Below the pieces are notes generated by a model. It saw only the letters and a program-made list of their open reading frames with translations. It did no database searches and was not told the DNA's origin. Shown one piece after another: positions 20,445-31,094 of a stretch of 64,000 nt of DNA. Origin of the DNA: Bdellovibrio sp. GTDB taxonomy: Bacteria; Bdellovibrionota; Bdellovibrionia; Bdellovibrionales; Bdellovibrionaceae. Position numbers and translations under genes: made by a program. Location of the stretch: contig JAKFBS010000002.1 of NCBI GenBank assembly GCA_036677065.1, forward strand, positions 576,001-640,000, given 5' to 3'. Numbering within the stretch: position 1 is the stretch's first letter; every line of letters starts with the position of its first letter.

Positions 20445-22618
20445 TGAAAAAGATTTTCTTTTGTGTACTATTAGGCTTTTACAGCAACCCTGTTTTTTCG
20501 CAAGAAGCGACTAAGCTTTCAACTTTAGAAATCAGCGATGTGATGGTTGATGATATAGATAATGGTTTTTCAGCAAAGAAAATTTCGAAAAGCCGTTTAA
20601 AAAATATCGCAACAACTGATGTCGCACGCGCATTAAAAGAGTCTCCGGGGGTCTACGTTCGTGAAGAAGATGGCCTGGGTCTTCGACCAAATATCGGTCT
20701 TCGCGGAACAAATCCCGACCGCAGTAAAAAAGTTGTTATTCTGGAAGACAGTGTCTTAATTGGCCCGGCACCGTATTCGGCTCCGGCTGCATACTACACG
20801 CCTTCAATGTTAACCACAGAGTCTTTAGAAGTTTTTAAAGGTTTTACCGCGTTGCCGTACGGGCCAAATTCAATTGGTGGTGCTGTTAATTATAAAACAC
20901 CAGACTACATCGACGTAAATAAAACAACCGCCGATATCACTTTCGGAAGTTATTCAACACGTGTATTAAAGCTTGGCTTGAATCACAAAGTTTCTGATTA
21001 TGGCGTGGTTCTTATCTATGGCCGTTCACAATCCGATGGTTTTAAAGAATTAGACTCAGGCAAAGCGACTGGCTTTAACCAGAATCATGTTCTTTTAAAA
21101 GTGCAGCGCCCTTTTGACATTTCAGGACACACTCATCTTTTTGAAATGCGCTTAGGTTATGGCAATGAAGATTCGCATGAAACTTATTTAGGTCTGACTG
21201 AATCCGATTTTTTAAACAAACCATACCGTCGCTATAATGCTTCTGAATTAGACCAGATGAAGTGGAATCATAAAAAAATTCAACTTGAACATCTTACTGA
21301 AATCGGAACAGCTGCAAATATTAAGACTACACTTTACCATCACGAGTTTGCGCGCACCTGGTATCGCTTAGATGGTTTTCGCGATGCCACGAAAATTATT
21401 CGTAATATTTTAAAAGATCCCACAGGCACAAACCAACCTTTTTATGATGTGCTATCTGCGCGCGAAGATTCAAACAACGTTGGCGCCAATGCTGACTTGT
21501 TGATGGCCAATAATGACCGTGAATATGTAAGCCAAGGTCTGCAAAGTCAGATCGAAATTAGTAATATTTGGTCTGCAGAAGTTGAATCTATAACCCATAT
21601 TAAGTTTTTGCTTCACCGTGATCAAATTAATCGTCAGCACGATGCAGATTATTATTCAATGACTGGTGGCTCAATGGTTCGCACAACCGATCAGCGCGTA
21701 GCTACTGCCCGCAATGAAGAAAGTGCGCAAGCGATTGCAGTCAGCGCGCAAGATGAAACTCGCCTTGGCAAATTTACAATACTTCCGCAGTTTCGTTATG
21801 AATCAGTCATTTTTGATTTTAACGATAACTTAAATAGCCTCAGCAAAAAAAGAACCGATTCGATTTTTATGCCCGGGTTTGGCTTAGCTTATGCGATCAA
21901 TGAATCACTGATCACACGTGTGGCCGCAAATAAAGCCGCTACCCTATCAGGCCTTGATTCATTAGGTAAAGAATCACGCGAAGAAAGTTTAAACAAAGAA
22001 ATCTCAGTTGCTTGGCAATCGAAAATACGCCAAGAGCAATTTGAAATTCTATACTTTCGTAATGACTATGACAATATAACCGGAACCTGTACGGCATCGA
22101 CTGGGTGCTCAAGCCTGCAACTTGATCAGCAGTATGATGGTGGCAAAGCCCTTATTTCTGGAATTGAGGCGCGAGCTTCTAAAGGCCTGCAATGGAACAA
22201 GTTTTGGATTCCGTTACAGCTTAACTACACCATTATTGATGGCCATTTTGCGGATAGTTTTAGTTCAACAAATACTGAATGGGGTGTAGGCCAAGTGAAC
22301 TCTGGCGACCCATTGCCTTACGTTCCACAAACGCAAATGACAGCTATTATTGGCCTTGAAGCAGGACGCTTAAAACAAAGTTTGATCATCAATCATTTCG
22401 GAAAAATATATGATCAGGCAGCAGAAGCAGGTCGTTTAGAAATACCAAGTTATGGGTTAGTCGACTACACCGCTCAGTATGCTGCAAGCCAAAAACTTAG
22501 CCTACGTTTGAAGTTAGATAATATCTTTAACAAACAATATACAGCGGCAATTAAACCTTTTGGATACCGGCCTGGTAAACCGTTCACGGCCGCATTGGGT
22601 TTAACTTACGATTTCTAA
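20444..22618 (+). CDS. TonB-dependent receptor (FecA-like)
   Basis: Plug PGVYVREEDGLGLRPNIGLRG, YGPNSIGGAVN; C-terminal DNIFNK...RPG.P.T..LGLTYDF. Confidence 0.92.
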   Translation: MKKIFFCVLLGFYSNPVFSQEATKLSTLEISDVMVDDIDNGFSAKKISKSRLKNIATTDVARALKESPGVYVREEDGLGLRPNIGLRGTNPDRSKKVVILEDSVLIGPAPYSAPAAYYTPSMLTTESLEVFKGFTALPYGPNSIGGAVNYKTPDYIDVNKTTADITFGSYSTRVLKLGLNHKVSDYGVVLIYGRSQSDGFKELDSGKATGFNQNHVLLKVQRPFDISGHTHLFEMRLGYGNEDSHETYLGLTESDFLNKPYRRYNASELDQMKWNHKKIQLEHLTEIGTAANIKTTLYHHEFARTWYRLDGFRDATKIIRNILKDPTGTNQPFYDVLSAREDSNNVGANADLLMANNDREYVSQGLQSQIEISNIWSAEVESITHIKFLLHRDQINRQHDADYYSMTGGSMVRTTDQRVATARNEESAQAIAVSAQDETRLGKFTILPQFRYESVIFDFNDNLNSLSKKRTDSIFMPGFGLAYAINESLITRVAANKAATLSGLDSLGKESREESLNKEISVAWQSKIRQEQFEILYFRNDYDNITGTCTASTGCSSLQLDQQYDGGKALISGIEARASKGLQWNKFWIPLQLNYTIIDGHFADSFSSTNTEWGVGQVNSGDPLPYVPQTQMTAIIGLEAGRLKQSLIINHFGKIYDQAAEAGRLEIPSYGLVDYTAQYAASQKLSLRLKLDNIFNKQYTAAIKPFGYRPGKPFTAALGLTYDF

Positions 22619-22626
22619 ATTAAGGC

Positions 22627-23022
22627 TTAAATTGCCAACAATTTGCAATCAGTCATTACTTTTTTAATAACTCGATATGCAGCCGCTCCTGATAGCGGTG
22701 GGCAAATTGCATATTTGAAATTAAATTGTCCTAATTTTACCACAGAAGAAACTAAACTTTTTTCTGCATAACCTACTATCGAAACTTCACTCTGCATTTG
22801 CAAAAGCTCCATGCTAAACATGTCTTCAGAAGCAGATTCTGAGCTTACAAAAATACAAATAGGCATTTCTTCAAAGAGTCGTACCACGACTTCAGATATA
22901 CTCTGATAAACAAAAATTTCCAGATCGTGTCTTTGCAAAGAAAGTATCGCAGATTCGAGACACTTGGGATTCGAAGCTACAATGAATACTTTTTCTTTTT
23001 TCGTTTCAATATTCTTTCGCAC
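22627..23022 (-). CDS. Degenerate single-domain receiver-like protein
   Basis: beta/alpha receiver-like spacing (VFIVASN, PICIFVS, IVGYAE, AICPPL) without canonical acidic residues. Confidence 0.45.
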   Translation of the reverse strand: MRKNIETKKEKVFIVASNPKCLESAILSLQRHDLEIFVYQSISEVVVRLFEEMPICIFVSSESASEDMFSMELLQMQSEVSIVGYAEKSLVSSVVKLGQFNFKYAICPPLSGAAAYRVIKKVMTDCKLLAI

Positions 23023-23046
23023 AATGACTCCTTGTCTTTGTATTAA

Positions 23047-23349
23047 CTACCAAACATTTTTCATAATTGTTGGCACATCAGATAAAATTGCATCTTCAAA
23101 AATTTCTAAAATCACTTCGATATCGATAAACTCGGTAGATGCATCTGGTAAATTTGCTTTTATTAAACCTACTGATTTTTCGAGATTTTTTAACTTATGA
23201 CGTTTACTTAATAAATCTAACGATTCAATCTGGGTTAAAAAATTCGTATATTTTTTGGGGCCCGTTTGCCATTGCGCGAATAAAGTTTCAAATTCAGCAA
23301 TAACTTCATTTTTAGATCTTTTATAATTATCCATAATAATCTTCTCCAT
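23047..23349 (-). CDS. Small helical protein, possible Hpt domain
   Basis: All-helical 100 aa with RHKLKN resembling the HxLKG Hpt motif; downstream of a histidine kinase. Confidence 0.4.
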   Translation of the reverse strand: MEKIIMDNYKRSKNEVIAEFETLFAQWQTGPKKYTNFLTQIESLDLLSKRHKLKNLEKSVGLIKANLPDASTEFIDIEVILEIFEDAILSDVPTIMKNVW

Positions 23350-23380
23350 CTACGTACTGCGTGATTGCCCAACACAGTAC

Positions 23381-23407
23381 TTATCGAGAAAATCTCAAGA
23401 ATCTTTA
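23381..23407 (-). promoter_or_regulatory. sigma28-like promoter (approximate bounds)
   Basis: Minus strand TAAA-N15-CTCGATAA upstream of 23349. Confidence 0.4.
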
Positions 23408-23479
23408 GATTATTTAAGAATGTTTGAACGAATCTACACAACTCTGCATACAAAGTCTCGATTCGAAACAAATTTAGCC

Positions 23480-26467
23480 TTAAATTGAAACACTTCGCGG
23501 CAGCTCAATCACAAATGTTGTGTGTTCTAAATCTGCATTTACATAAATACGGCCATTATGATTTTCGACAATCCCCTTAGAAATACTTAAGCCCAGGCCA
23601 GTCCCTTTGCCTACTGCTTTTGTCGTGAAAAATGGGTCGAAAATTTTTGAAGCCAATTCTGCCGTTATTCTTTTTCCTGAATCAGTCACATAAATATAAA
23701 CTTTCAAATCATCGTATTTAAGATCAACATGCACCCAGCGTCTTTCTACAGATTGAACGGCATCAAACGCGTTAGACAGTAAATTTAACAGCACTTGCGA
23801 AAGCTGACCTGCATGCCCATTTACAAATAGCTCGTCCTGAGTTTTGCATAAAAAAGTAAGCTCAGTTTGGTGATTTTCAAATCGCTTCTGACAAAGCGAA
23901 AAAGTTTCAGAAATACATTTTTGTATAGAAAAAAATTCAGTTTGATCATGCGCAGAATCTCGCGAAAAAAATCGCAATCCATTTACAATCTTAGCAATTT
24001 TTTGGCTGGTTTGACTTATATGACTTATGTTTTCACGAATATCCTCATAAGACATGGGCGATGCGCCACTTAAGTTCTTTTCCAGCCACATAGCCTTACC
24101 CATAACGATGGTTAAAGGATTATTTATTTCGTGGGCAATGCCTGCCGCCATTAATCCTAATGAGGACATGCGTGAAGCTGAAATTAAGGCCATCTGATTT
24201 TTATTCAATTCTGTAATATCCTGGACGATACCAAAATACCCAGTAACGCTTTTATTCTCATCGACAAGTGGAACTGCTTCACCAGATATGTTCACAACCT
24301 GACCGTCGGCCTTCAGATAACGATATTCACATTTAAATACTCCGCCAGCTATTAGATTTTTCCATTGTTCGGCGACAAATTCTCTATCATCTGGATGAAC
24401 GATGCCGTCTAAACTTTTTAGAGCTTGGGCTTCTGTAACCCCCGACATTTTACACCAAGAAGGATTTACGTAAGAACACTTTCCGTTGGCATCGACGATA
24501 TAAATGCCAAAAGGTGATGTTTCAGTTAATGTTCGCCAAGTTTGCTTTTGCTGCTTTAGCTCTTTATTCATCACTTCAGCAATTCTTTGCGCATGCAAGG
24601 CTAAATTTTGAATAGAAGACAACATAATAGCTAAACTCAGACTGAGCATGGCGCCAAAAAAACTTATCCAAGAAGAAACCAAACTCTTTGTATTTTCAAA
24701 TCCCAGCGCAGGAGTGATTATCAATTTTAACTTTTCGCCAGCCAGATTTATGATTTCTGCAGTGGGTTCTGCATCGAATTTCAATTTATTATCTTCTAAC
24801 AATTTGCTCGAATAGACTTCTAAATCCGAATTATCTTCTTTCAATACAAAAATTCTGAACATTAAATGTTTTTCAAAACTACCGACGGCCGAATTTAAAA
24901 AATTAGCATATACTATCGGCGTATAAACAAAACCTACAAAGTTTTTTCGGCGGTTTTCAATTGTATCAACTGGCTTACCGGTTAAGTAGACTGGAACATA
25001 AAGTAAAAAACCCGGTCGTGATATATTATCTTGAACAAGCTGAATTTCGTCGGTCATTGCAGCAGTACCTGAATCGCGAGCCTTAATCGCAGCGGCAAAC
25101 CTTTTTCTTTCGCTAGAAATGTTTAGTCCGATGGCTTTTTTATTATGTTTTTCTGGTTCTAGATAATAAATTATAAAATTATCAGCGGGATGTTCTACAG
25201 TATCAGCAGTGGATAAATTTAGTACCCGATGAACCTTATTAACAGCGTTGGATTCAAACAATGGCCTTTTCAGCTCGGGCAATCTATCTTTTATCGTCGA
25301 CGAATAAATAACACCCACGCCTTCAACACCAGGAAGCTGATTTTGTGACAATAACCGATTGGCAAAAATTTTCCATTCTTTTTTGCTGACGAAATCTGAA
25401 GAATTTAAAAGACCAGCAGCACTATCAAGCATACTTAAATAATTACTAAATTGTTGATCAATTTGCGTTCTTGCCAGAAGAATTTTTTGTTTATAAATGT
25501 TTTCATCGCTAATTGCCGAAGCACTGTATGAATAATAAAATGTAAATCCTGAAAATAGCCACCCAAAGAGTAATGCCAGCTTTGGCGCCCAGCCAAACTG
25601 AATTTGTTTTAAACTAGAAACGCCGATTGCCGTCAGGATTAGACCTGCCAGAAAAATTTGAAGAAGGATTAAACTTTCGTTTAACGTTCCGCCGATGAAT
25701 GGTCCAGAACCTGCAAAAGTTTGTGTGATTGCGCAAACGCAAATCAATACACCGCTCAAATAAAGCCAGATCACATCCAGGCTTTCAGCTATCAATAACA
25801 AAATTGGAAATAAAATAAAAAGATAAGGGCTGGCAAACTCATACTTAAAAAGCCAATAAGTAACTCCGCCCACAAGCGTGAAATAAAAAATGACCTTAGC
25901 CAATTCTTTAAAATGTAATTTAAAAACGACCCATCCAGAGTTTTTAATTCTGTAAGCTATGGGGATAATAAAAAGACCACCCAATAAATCACCGACCCAC
26001 CAGGTGATCCAATTTTTTACTATCAAGTCACCAGATATGATCGAAGTCGTATAAAGTGCCAACGTTCCAAAAAGTGCGCTCGTAGCGGCCGCTCCCATCA
26101 ACGAAGCTACAGCCACAACAAATTTCACGTGAGGACTTTGATTTAAACCTGTTTGAACATATCTACCAAACACCCATACAAAAAAAACGGCTTCTATCGA
26201 GTTACCCATAGCAATAATCAAAGAAGCTAATGGATTTAATCCGGTTTGAAAATTTGCTAAAAATGCTGCTAAAAAAATACCAGCGATGGCGAATTTTATT
26301 TCAAAAAAAAGAAGTAAAGTTATCGCGATGCCAGTCGCGGGCCAAACTGGCGATGCCTGGTTGTTAATTGAAGCTGCTAACAGTCCTAATGAAGCCGTCA
26401 TATAATAAATTGCAAAAGCAATTAGGAGGGTAGCTAAATTCTTAAATTTTTTTAATATTTCTATCAT
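23480..26467 (-). CDS. MASE1-CHASE-PAS sensor histidine kinase
   Basis: MASE1 (PVWPATG, WWVGD), CHASE (YLEP...AIG..ISSE..R, LVQD), PAS (VHPDD), AHEINNPL H-box, [13 protein letters not shown]. Confidence 0.92.
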   Translation of the reverse strand: MIEILKKFKNLATLLIAFAIYYMTASLGLLAASINNQASPVWPATGIAITLLLFFEIKFAIAGIFLAAFLANFQTGLNPLASLIIAMGNSIEAVFFVWVFGRYVQTGLNQSPHVKFVVAVASLMGAAATSALFGTLALYTTSIISGDLIVKNWITWWVGDLLGGLFIIPIAYRIKNSGWVVFKLHFKELAKVIFYFTLVGGVTYWLFKYEFASPYLFILFPILLLIAESLDVIWLYLSGVLICVCAITQTFAGSGPFIGGTLNESLILLQIFLAGLILTAIGVSSLKQIQFGWAPKLALLFGWLFSGFTFYYSYSASAISDENIYKQKILLARTQIDQQFSNYLSMLDSAAGLLNSSDFVSKKEWKIFANRLLSQNQLPGVEGVGVIYSSTIKDRLPELKRPLFESNAVNKVHRVLNLSTADTVEHPADNFIIYYLEPEKHNKKAIGLNISSERKRFAAAIKARDSGTAAMTDEIQLVQDNISRPGFLLYVPVYLTGKPVDTIENRRKNFVGFVYTPIVYANFLNSAVGSFEKHLMFRIFVLKEDNSDLEVYSSKLLEDNKLKFDAEPTAEIINLAGEKLKLIITPALGFENTKSLVSSWISFFGAMLSLSLAIMLSSIQNLALHAQRIAEVMNKELKQQKQTWRTLTETSPFGIYIVDANGKCSYVNPSWCKMSGVTEAQALKSLDGIVHPDDREFVAEQWKNLIAGGVFKCEYRYLKADGQVVNISGEAVPLVDENKSVTGYFGIVQDITELNKNQMALISASRMSSLGLMAAGIAHEINNPLTIVMGKAMWLEKNLSGASPMSYEDIRENISHISQTSQKIAKIVNGLRFFSRDSAHDQTEFFSIQKCISETFSLCQKRFENHQTELTFLCKTQDELFVNGHAGQLSQVLLNLLSNAFDAVQSVERRWVHVDLKYDDLKVYIYVTDSGKRITAELASKIFDPFFTTKAVGKGTGLGLSISKGIVENHNGRIYVNADLEHTTFVIELPRSVSI

Positions 26468-26556
26468 AAATATAGCTAAATTGTACTCGGGGTTACCCAA
26501 AGTGAATAACAAAATTGCTTTTGCAGGATAAAGGTCCTGACTTGTTGCCCCGGCAT

Positions 26557-26578
26557 AATCTTAAGATATCTTAAGATT
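26557..26578. promoter_or_regulatory. Operator-like site: tandem ATCTTAAGAT forming a 22-bp palindrome
   Basis: aatcttaagatatcttaagatt between the divergent kinase and response regulator. Confidence 0.55.
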
Positions 26579-26600
26579 CAGGAATTGATAAGATAAACAC

Positions 26601-27302
26601 ATGCAAAGAAAAATTAAGATTCTAATAGTAGATGATGAAGCAGACATCCGTGAGTTTTTAGCTCAAATTTTATCACAAAATTACCAAGTCATCTTTGCTA
26701 AAAACGGCGAAGAGGCCGTCGAAATTGCCAAAGAACAACTGCCATCGATTATTTTATTGGATATTATTATGCCAATTAAAACGGGAATCGATGCTTGTAA
26801 AGAATTACGGGCATGCCCTAAAACTACAGATATACCTATTCTTTTTCTTTCAGCTTTAAATAGCTCAGATAAACGTACCGACGCATTTCTTGCCGGTGCT
26901 GATGACTACATCAACAAACCCTTTGTGCCAGATGAACTTTTAGCGCGCATCGAATCAAAACTTCGAAGATCTGCTGAACGCAGCACTCAAGAAAAAGACA
27001 CTGTAAAATATGGCGATTTAATTGTCGACTACCAGCAGCTAAAGGTCATAAATTCTTCTAAAGATTTAGAATTAGGACAAACAGAATTTAAAATTTTAAG
27101 TTGTTTAATAAAAAGAAAAGGCGAACTTGTTACGCGCGACGAACTTAATAATTTTGTTTGGCAGGATGAAATTCCATCAGATAGAGCTTTAGATCCCCAC
27201 ATTACCACTTTACGAAAAAAACTCAAAGACTCGCTTTGTGAGTTAAAGACAGTCTATGGCCAAGGTTATGGGCTTGTGATAAAGCACACTACTCACATTT
27301 AA
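26601..27302 (+). CDS. OmpR/PhoB-family response regulator
   Basis: ILIVDDE, LLDIIMP, GADDYINKPF; winged helix HITTLRKKL...TVYGQGY. Confidence 0.93.
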   Translation: MQRKIKILIVDDEADIREFLAQILSQNYQVIFAKNGEEAVEIAKEQLPSIILLDIIMPIKTGIDACKELRACPKTTDIPILFLSALNSSDKRTDAFLAGADDYINKPFVPDELLARIESKLRRSAERSTQEKDTVKYGDLIVDYQQLKVINSSKDLELGQTEFKILSCLIKRKGELVTRDELNNFVWQDEIPSDRALDPHITTLRKKLKDSLCELKTVYGQGYGLVIKHTTHI

Positions 27303-28575
27303 ATTCGATTTTTTTACAGCGATACATTGGCTGAAAGGTCGGAATCGAGTCAGAAACTTTTTTAGTGTTATCTTCGAAAGTCACTTGCACCTTTACATAC
27401 TTGCTGTCTTCGAGCTCTGCTTGTCCGGCCTTCGTGTTATAGTAAGGCTTTAACACCTCTTTGCCATTTTTCATTTCATAAACACAGGCACCAGTTGTGC
27501 CATCACCGTTTGCGCCGGCTGCATTGATGTCAACCTTTGCAGTGCTAATATCAAACCCTGCTTGTCCAGCTTGCGAAAATAGCGCCGGTAAGATTTTGGT
27601 TTTTGCAGTTTCGGCTCTGGCTTGTGATAAACCCAGAAATCCCTTTTTACAAAAACGATTTGCCGCTTCGCCGGTATTATTTAAAGAAGAAGCTGATGAG
27701 TTAATGCTGATATGATGAAGTTTTGCACCTTTGGCTAAACGGTCTTTAATGCACTCAGAAACTTCTTTAGCTTCGGGAGTTGCTAATAATTTACCTAATT
27801 CAGCAGTGCCTACATCAAATTTATTGTTGGCAAAATTTTTCTTAAAATTACCTGCACAAGGCTGAATACGATTTGCAACAATAGTGCGAGCTTCTAATTC
27901 AGGTTTTGTGCTGCAGATGTAAAATGCGTTTGGAGATTCGTCGGCTATTTTTTGCAAACGCTCTTTCACGGCCTGAACATTTTTAGGATCAGCCATGTCT
28001 TTTCTCATATTGCGTAATTTGAATTCACGCTGCTCGCGCCCCATTTTATCGGCGCGAAATTCTTCAATCGTTGGATGTGATTCGATATAATTCGAGCTCG
28101 CTTTAAAAGTCGGCGTACAATCCATTTTTTCTGCGAAAGATGCATATTTTTCGATAAAACCTTTTTTATACTCTGCCGGAGTTTTTGCCATCTCAGCAAA
28201 AGCTGGATCCGCAAACCAATCAAGAATAGGAACAGGAGCCGTTCTTCTTTCGCGGTCATAATTATTTCTTGGCGCGTAAAACTTTTCGGCCCAAGGATTC
28301 GATTTTAAATATTGGTCGAAAGCAGTTTTCAAACCGTGCATGCGGGCTGGATCAGTCGTAAAATTTAACAAGCCTTCGATTTTCTTTTTCATCGCGTCTT
28401 TATCGACAGGAGGAGCTTCTTTACACTGCCCATTTTTATTGATTTCTTCGCAGTTAACATCTTGAATGTTTTGCACATTATCGCTTAAATCATTCAGAGG
28501 ACTGCAGTTTAGCGCCGTATCGGCCCAAACCGCTTGCGAAACAAAAATAAGGCTAAATAAAATTAATTTTTTCAT
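27289..28575 (-). CDS. Secreted Cys-rich hypothetical protein with divergent OmpA_C-like segment
   Basis: Signal peptide; ISINSSAS...GLSQARAETAK resembles the OmpA_C LS.xRA motif. Confidence 0.55.
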   Translation of the reverse strand: MKKLILFSLIFVSQAVWADTALNCSPLNDLSDNVQNIQDVNCEEINKNGQCKEAPPVDKDAMKKKIEGLLNFTTDPARMHGLKTAFDQYLKSNPWAEKFYAPRNNYDRERRTAPVPILDWFADPAFAEMAKTPAEYKKGFIEKYASFAEKMDCTPTFKASSNYIESHPTIEEFRADKMGREQREFKLRNMRKDMADPKNVQAVKERLQKIADESPNAFYICSTKPELEARTIVANRIQPCAGNFKKNFANNKFDVGTAELGKLLATPEAKEVSECIKDRLAKGAKLHHISINSSASSLNNTGEAANRFCKKGFLGLSQARAETAKTKILPALFSQAGQAGFDISTAKVDINAAGANGDGTTGACVYEMKNGKEVLKPYYNTKAGQAELEDSKYVKVQVTFEDNTKKVSDSIPTFQPMYRCKKIEFKCE

Positions 28576-28731
28576 ACAGACCTATGTCGGAACCTTGAAC
28601 CTCAAAATGTAATGTTTCTTAAAATGAGACAGTTTTACAACCAAGCTCTAAACAATAGCTTAATAAACAGTTAAGTATCTATAACTTAAATGACATTTTG
28701 CCTGTGGCCAGTATCTGTTATTGGTTTTAGC

Positions 28732-29796
28732 ATGAGAAGCTTTAACCACATTGCAGAACATACCCTAAAGCACATGCAACATGGTACAACTGACTGTGGT
28801 GATGCGACCACTTCAAACCCAATCAGTTCTTATTTAAACCAGTCACAGTACCAACAAGAAGCTAATTTATTACTGCGCCATAGACCGATCCCTACCATCG
28901 CAGCCTCTGATATTGCCAATCCCGGAGACTATGTCACAAAAACAATTTGTGATGTGCCGCTAATTATTTATCGCAATTCAGAAAGGCAGATCAAAGTTTT
29001 TTTAAATGTTTGCCGCCACCGCGGGGCAAAACTGACGGCACCAACTAACAGCCTGAACTGTAAAACATTCACCTGCCCTTTTCATGGCTGGAAATACCAG
29101 GAAGGTAAAAATCTAGCTGAACTAAAAGCTTATGAGTTTGTCGGCATGATTTGGGTTTTGTTAAGCCCACAGTCAGAGTTTTCAATTTTAAAGTCACTAT
29201 TACCCTTTGAAAATGATCTAAATAAACTTGCTATGGCTCCCCGCTTTGCTATGCCTGAATCTGTTTTTCATAAGAATTTTAACTGGAAAATCGGCGTTGA
29301 AGCTTTTTTAGAAGTGGATCACTTTCCGTATGCACATGTACCGCATTTAGAAAACATTCAATATCCCGGGTTAAGTTTAGCCGATCAGTCAGAAGATAAT
29401 TTTCGGCTTATTGTTCCGTTAAAAAAACCTGCACCGCCTGAATTTATTTTAAATTGGTCCCAGGTGATGTATTTTATTTTTCCGAGCAGTTTTTTATTGG
29501 TCTACAGTGATCATGTTGCTTTATTAAGTTTAATTCCGATAAGTATTGATAAGACTGAATTTCGCTATGTTCCGCTGGTGCAACAAGAATCTGATTTAAC
29601 GTCGAAGAGCATTCAAAGCAAAGTTGATTTTTTAAAAATTATTTTACAGCAAGATTTTGATATTCTTGAGGATGTGCAAAAAGGCCTTACTTCGGGAGCA
29701 AATACCGAAATGACATTTACCCGCAGCGAACATGTCTTAAATAGTTTTCACAATTCAATATCAAAAACGTGCCGGGTCATAAACAGCACGTTGTAA
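28732..29796 (+). CDS. Rieske non-heme iron oxygenase alpha subunit
   Basis: NVCRHRG and CPFHGW Rieske ligands; NWK...E.DHFPYAH mononuclear Fe site; QD near the C-terminus. Confidence 0.88.
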   Translation: MRSFNHIAEHTLKHMQHGTTDCGDATTSNPISSYLNQSQYQQEANLLLRHRPIPTIAASDIANPGDYVTKTICDVPLIIYRNSERQIKVFLNVCRHRGAKLTAPTNSLNCKTFTCPFHGWKYQEGKNLAELKAYEFVGMIWVLLSPQSEFSILKSLLPFENDLNKLAMAPRFAMPESVFHKNFNWKIGVEAFLEVDHFPYAHVPHLENIQYPGLSLADQSEDNFRLIVPLKKPAPPEFILNWSQVMYFIFPSSFLLVYSDHVALLSLIPISIDKTEFRYVPLVQQESDLTSKSIQSKVDFLKIILQQDFDILEDVQKGLTSGANTEMTFTRSEHVLNSFHNSISKTCRVINSTL

Positions 29797-31011
29797 TTCA
29801 GACTTTCCTGAAACGATTAAATCACTGACTAACTGGCCGGTGCCTAAACCCGATTGCAGCCCCAACATTTGATGACCGCATGCCAGCATCAGATTGTGAT
29901 AGTTCTTTGCCCACCCAATGACGGGAACGCCATCTGGTGTGCAAGGGCGTAACCCGCGCCAAGTTTCGTGAACTTTGATGTTTTCTGGAATATGTAAAAA
30001 CTCTTTAGCGCCATCAAAGATCGCTTTTACTCGGCGATCAGTGATTGAAAAATCCTGATTCACTAATTCTAAGGTTCCGGCAATGCGTAGTGAATCTTGT
30101 CTTGGGGTGATCGCGATTTTTCGATCGACAATCATAATTGGAATTTTGGGTTGTGATTGCAAACGATCGACAATTAATGCATAACCTTTGCCCCCTAGTA
30201 TAGGAACATCTAATGCTAAATCCGAGGCTAAACTTTGTGACCAGCTGCCTGCGGCCAGCACAAAAACATCTGCCTGCATTTCACCTTTTGAGGTTTGAAT
30301 AGATTTAATTTTTTTCTTTTGACCATCGGTTGAAAAATTTGCTTTTTTAAATTCAGTGTTCTCTAAAATTTTCACACCAAGCTTTTGCGCTTTTTTAGCT
30401 AAGGCTTGAACAACTTTTAACGGTTCAGCATGAGCTTCGTCAGAAAAATAAACTCCGCCTAATAGATTTCCTTTTAGAGCAGGTTCAAGTTCTTTGATTT
30501 GTTCTGCATTTAGTTTGCGGCCAGGAATATTATACTTTTCAACAAGGTTCATTTCATTAACAGCAGCTTTTACTCCTACAGGCGTTGCGCTCACCATGAG
30601 TAAACCCTTTTGCTGCATTTCAATTTCTGGATACTCTTGGGCCAATTTTTTATAATCATTTAAACTTTTAAGAGAAAGTGTAACTAAAGCCTCGATAGCA
30701 ATTTGCGATTTTTTTTCAGTCATTGATAATAAAAATCGGGTTAACCACTGAGTTAATAAAACACTGGGAACAGGTTTAATGTATAGCGGCCCACTAGGAT
30801 TCAACATCCACTTCATAGATTTAAGAAGCATTCCGGGCATTGGTAACGGCATCGAAAAACACGGGGTCATCCAACCGGCATTACCGTAAGAGCAACCATA
30901 ACCCACTTGCTCTTTTTCAATAACGACAACATCAGCTCCGGCCTCTGCTAATTTCACAGCACAAGATAGACCAATGATTCCACCGCCAATAACCGTAACA
31001 CTTTTCTTCAT
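29761..31011 (-). CDS. dadA: FAD-dependent D-amino acid dehydrogenase
   Basis: VIGGGIIG, SYGNAG, GKGY, WRGLRPCTPDG.P.IG, GHQMLG. Confidence 0.8.
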   Translation of the reverse strand: MKKSVTVIGGGIIGLSCAVKLAEAGADVVVIEKEQVGYGCSYGNAGWMTPCFSMPLPMPGMLLKSMKWMLNPSGPLYIKPVPSVLLTQWLTRFLLSMTEKKSQIAIEALVTLSLKSLNDYKKLAQEYPEIEMQQKGLLMVSATPVGVKAAVNEMNLVEKYNIPGRKLNAEQIKELEPALKGNLLGGVYFSDEAHAEPLKVVQALAKKAQKLGVKILENTEFKKANFSTDGQKKKIKSIQTSKGEMQADVFVLAAGSWSQSLASDLALDVPILGGKGYALIVDRLQSQPKIPIMIVDRKIAITPRQDSLRIAGTLELVNQDFSITDRRVKAIFDGAKEFLHIPENIKVHETWRGLRPCTPDGVPVIGWAKNYHNLMLACGHQMLGLQSGLGTGQLVSDLIVSGKSELQRAVYDPARF

Positions 31012-31094
31012 AAGGTCATATTACGGCTATTGTTTAAATTTGAATATTGAAAAAAAAAGTTCCATCTGTTCGACCAGGCTTTTGGGTAGATCAC

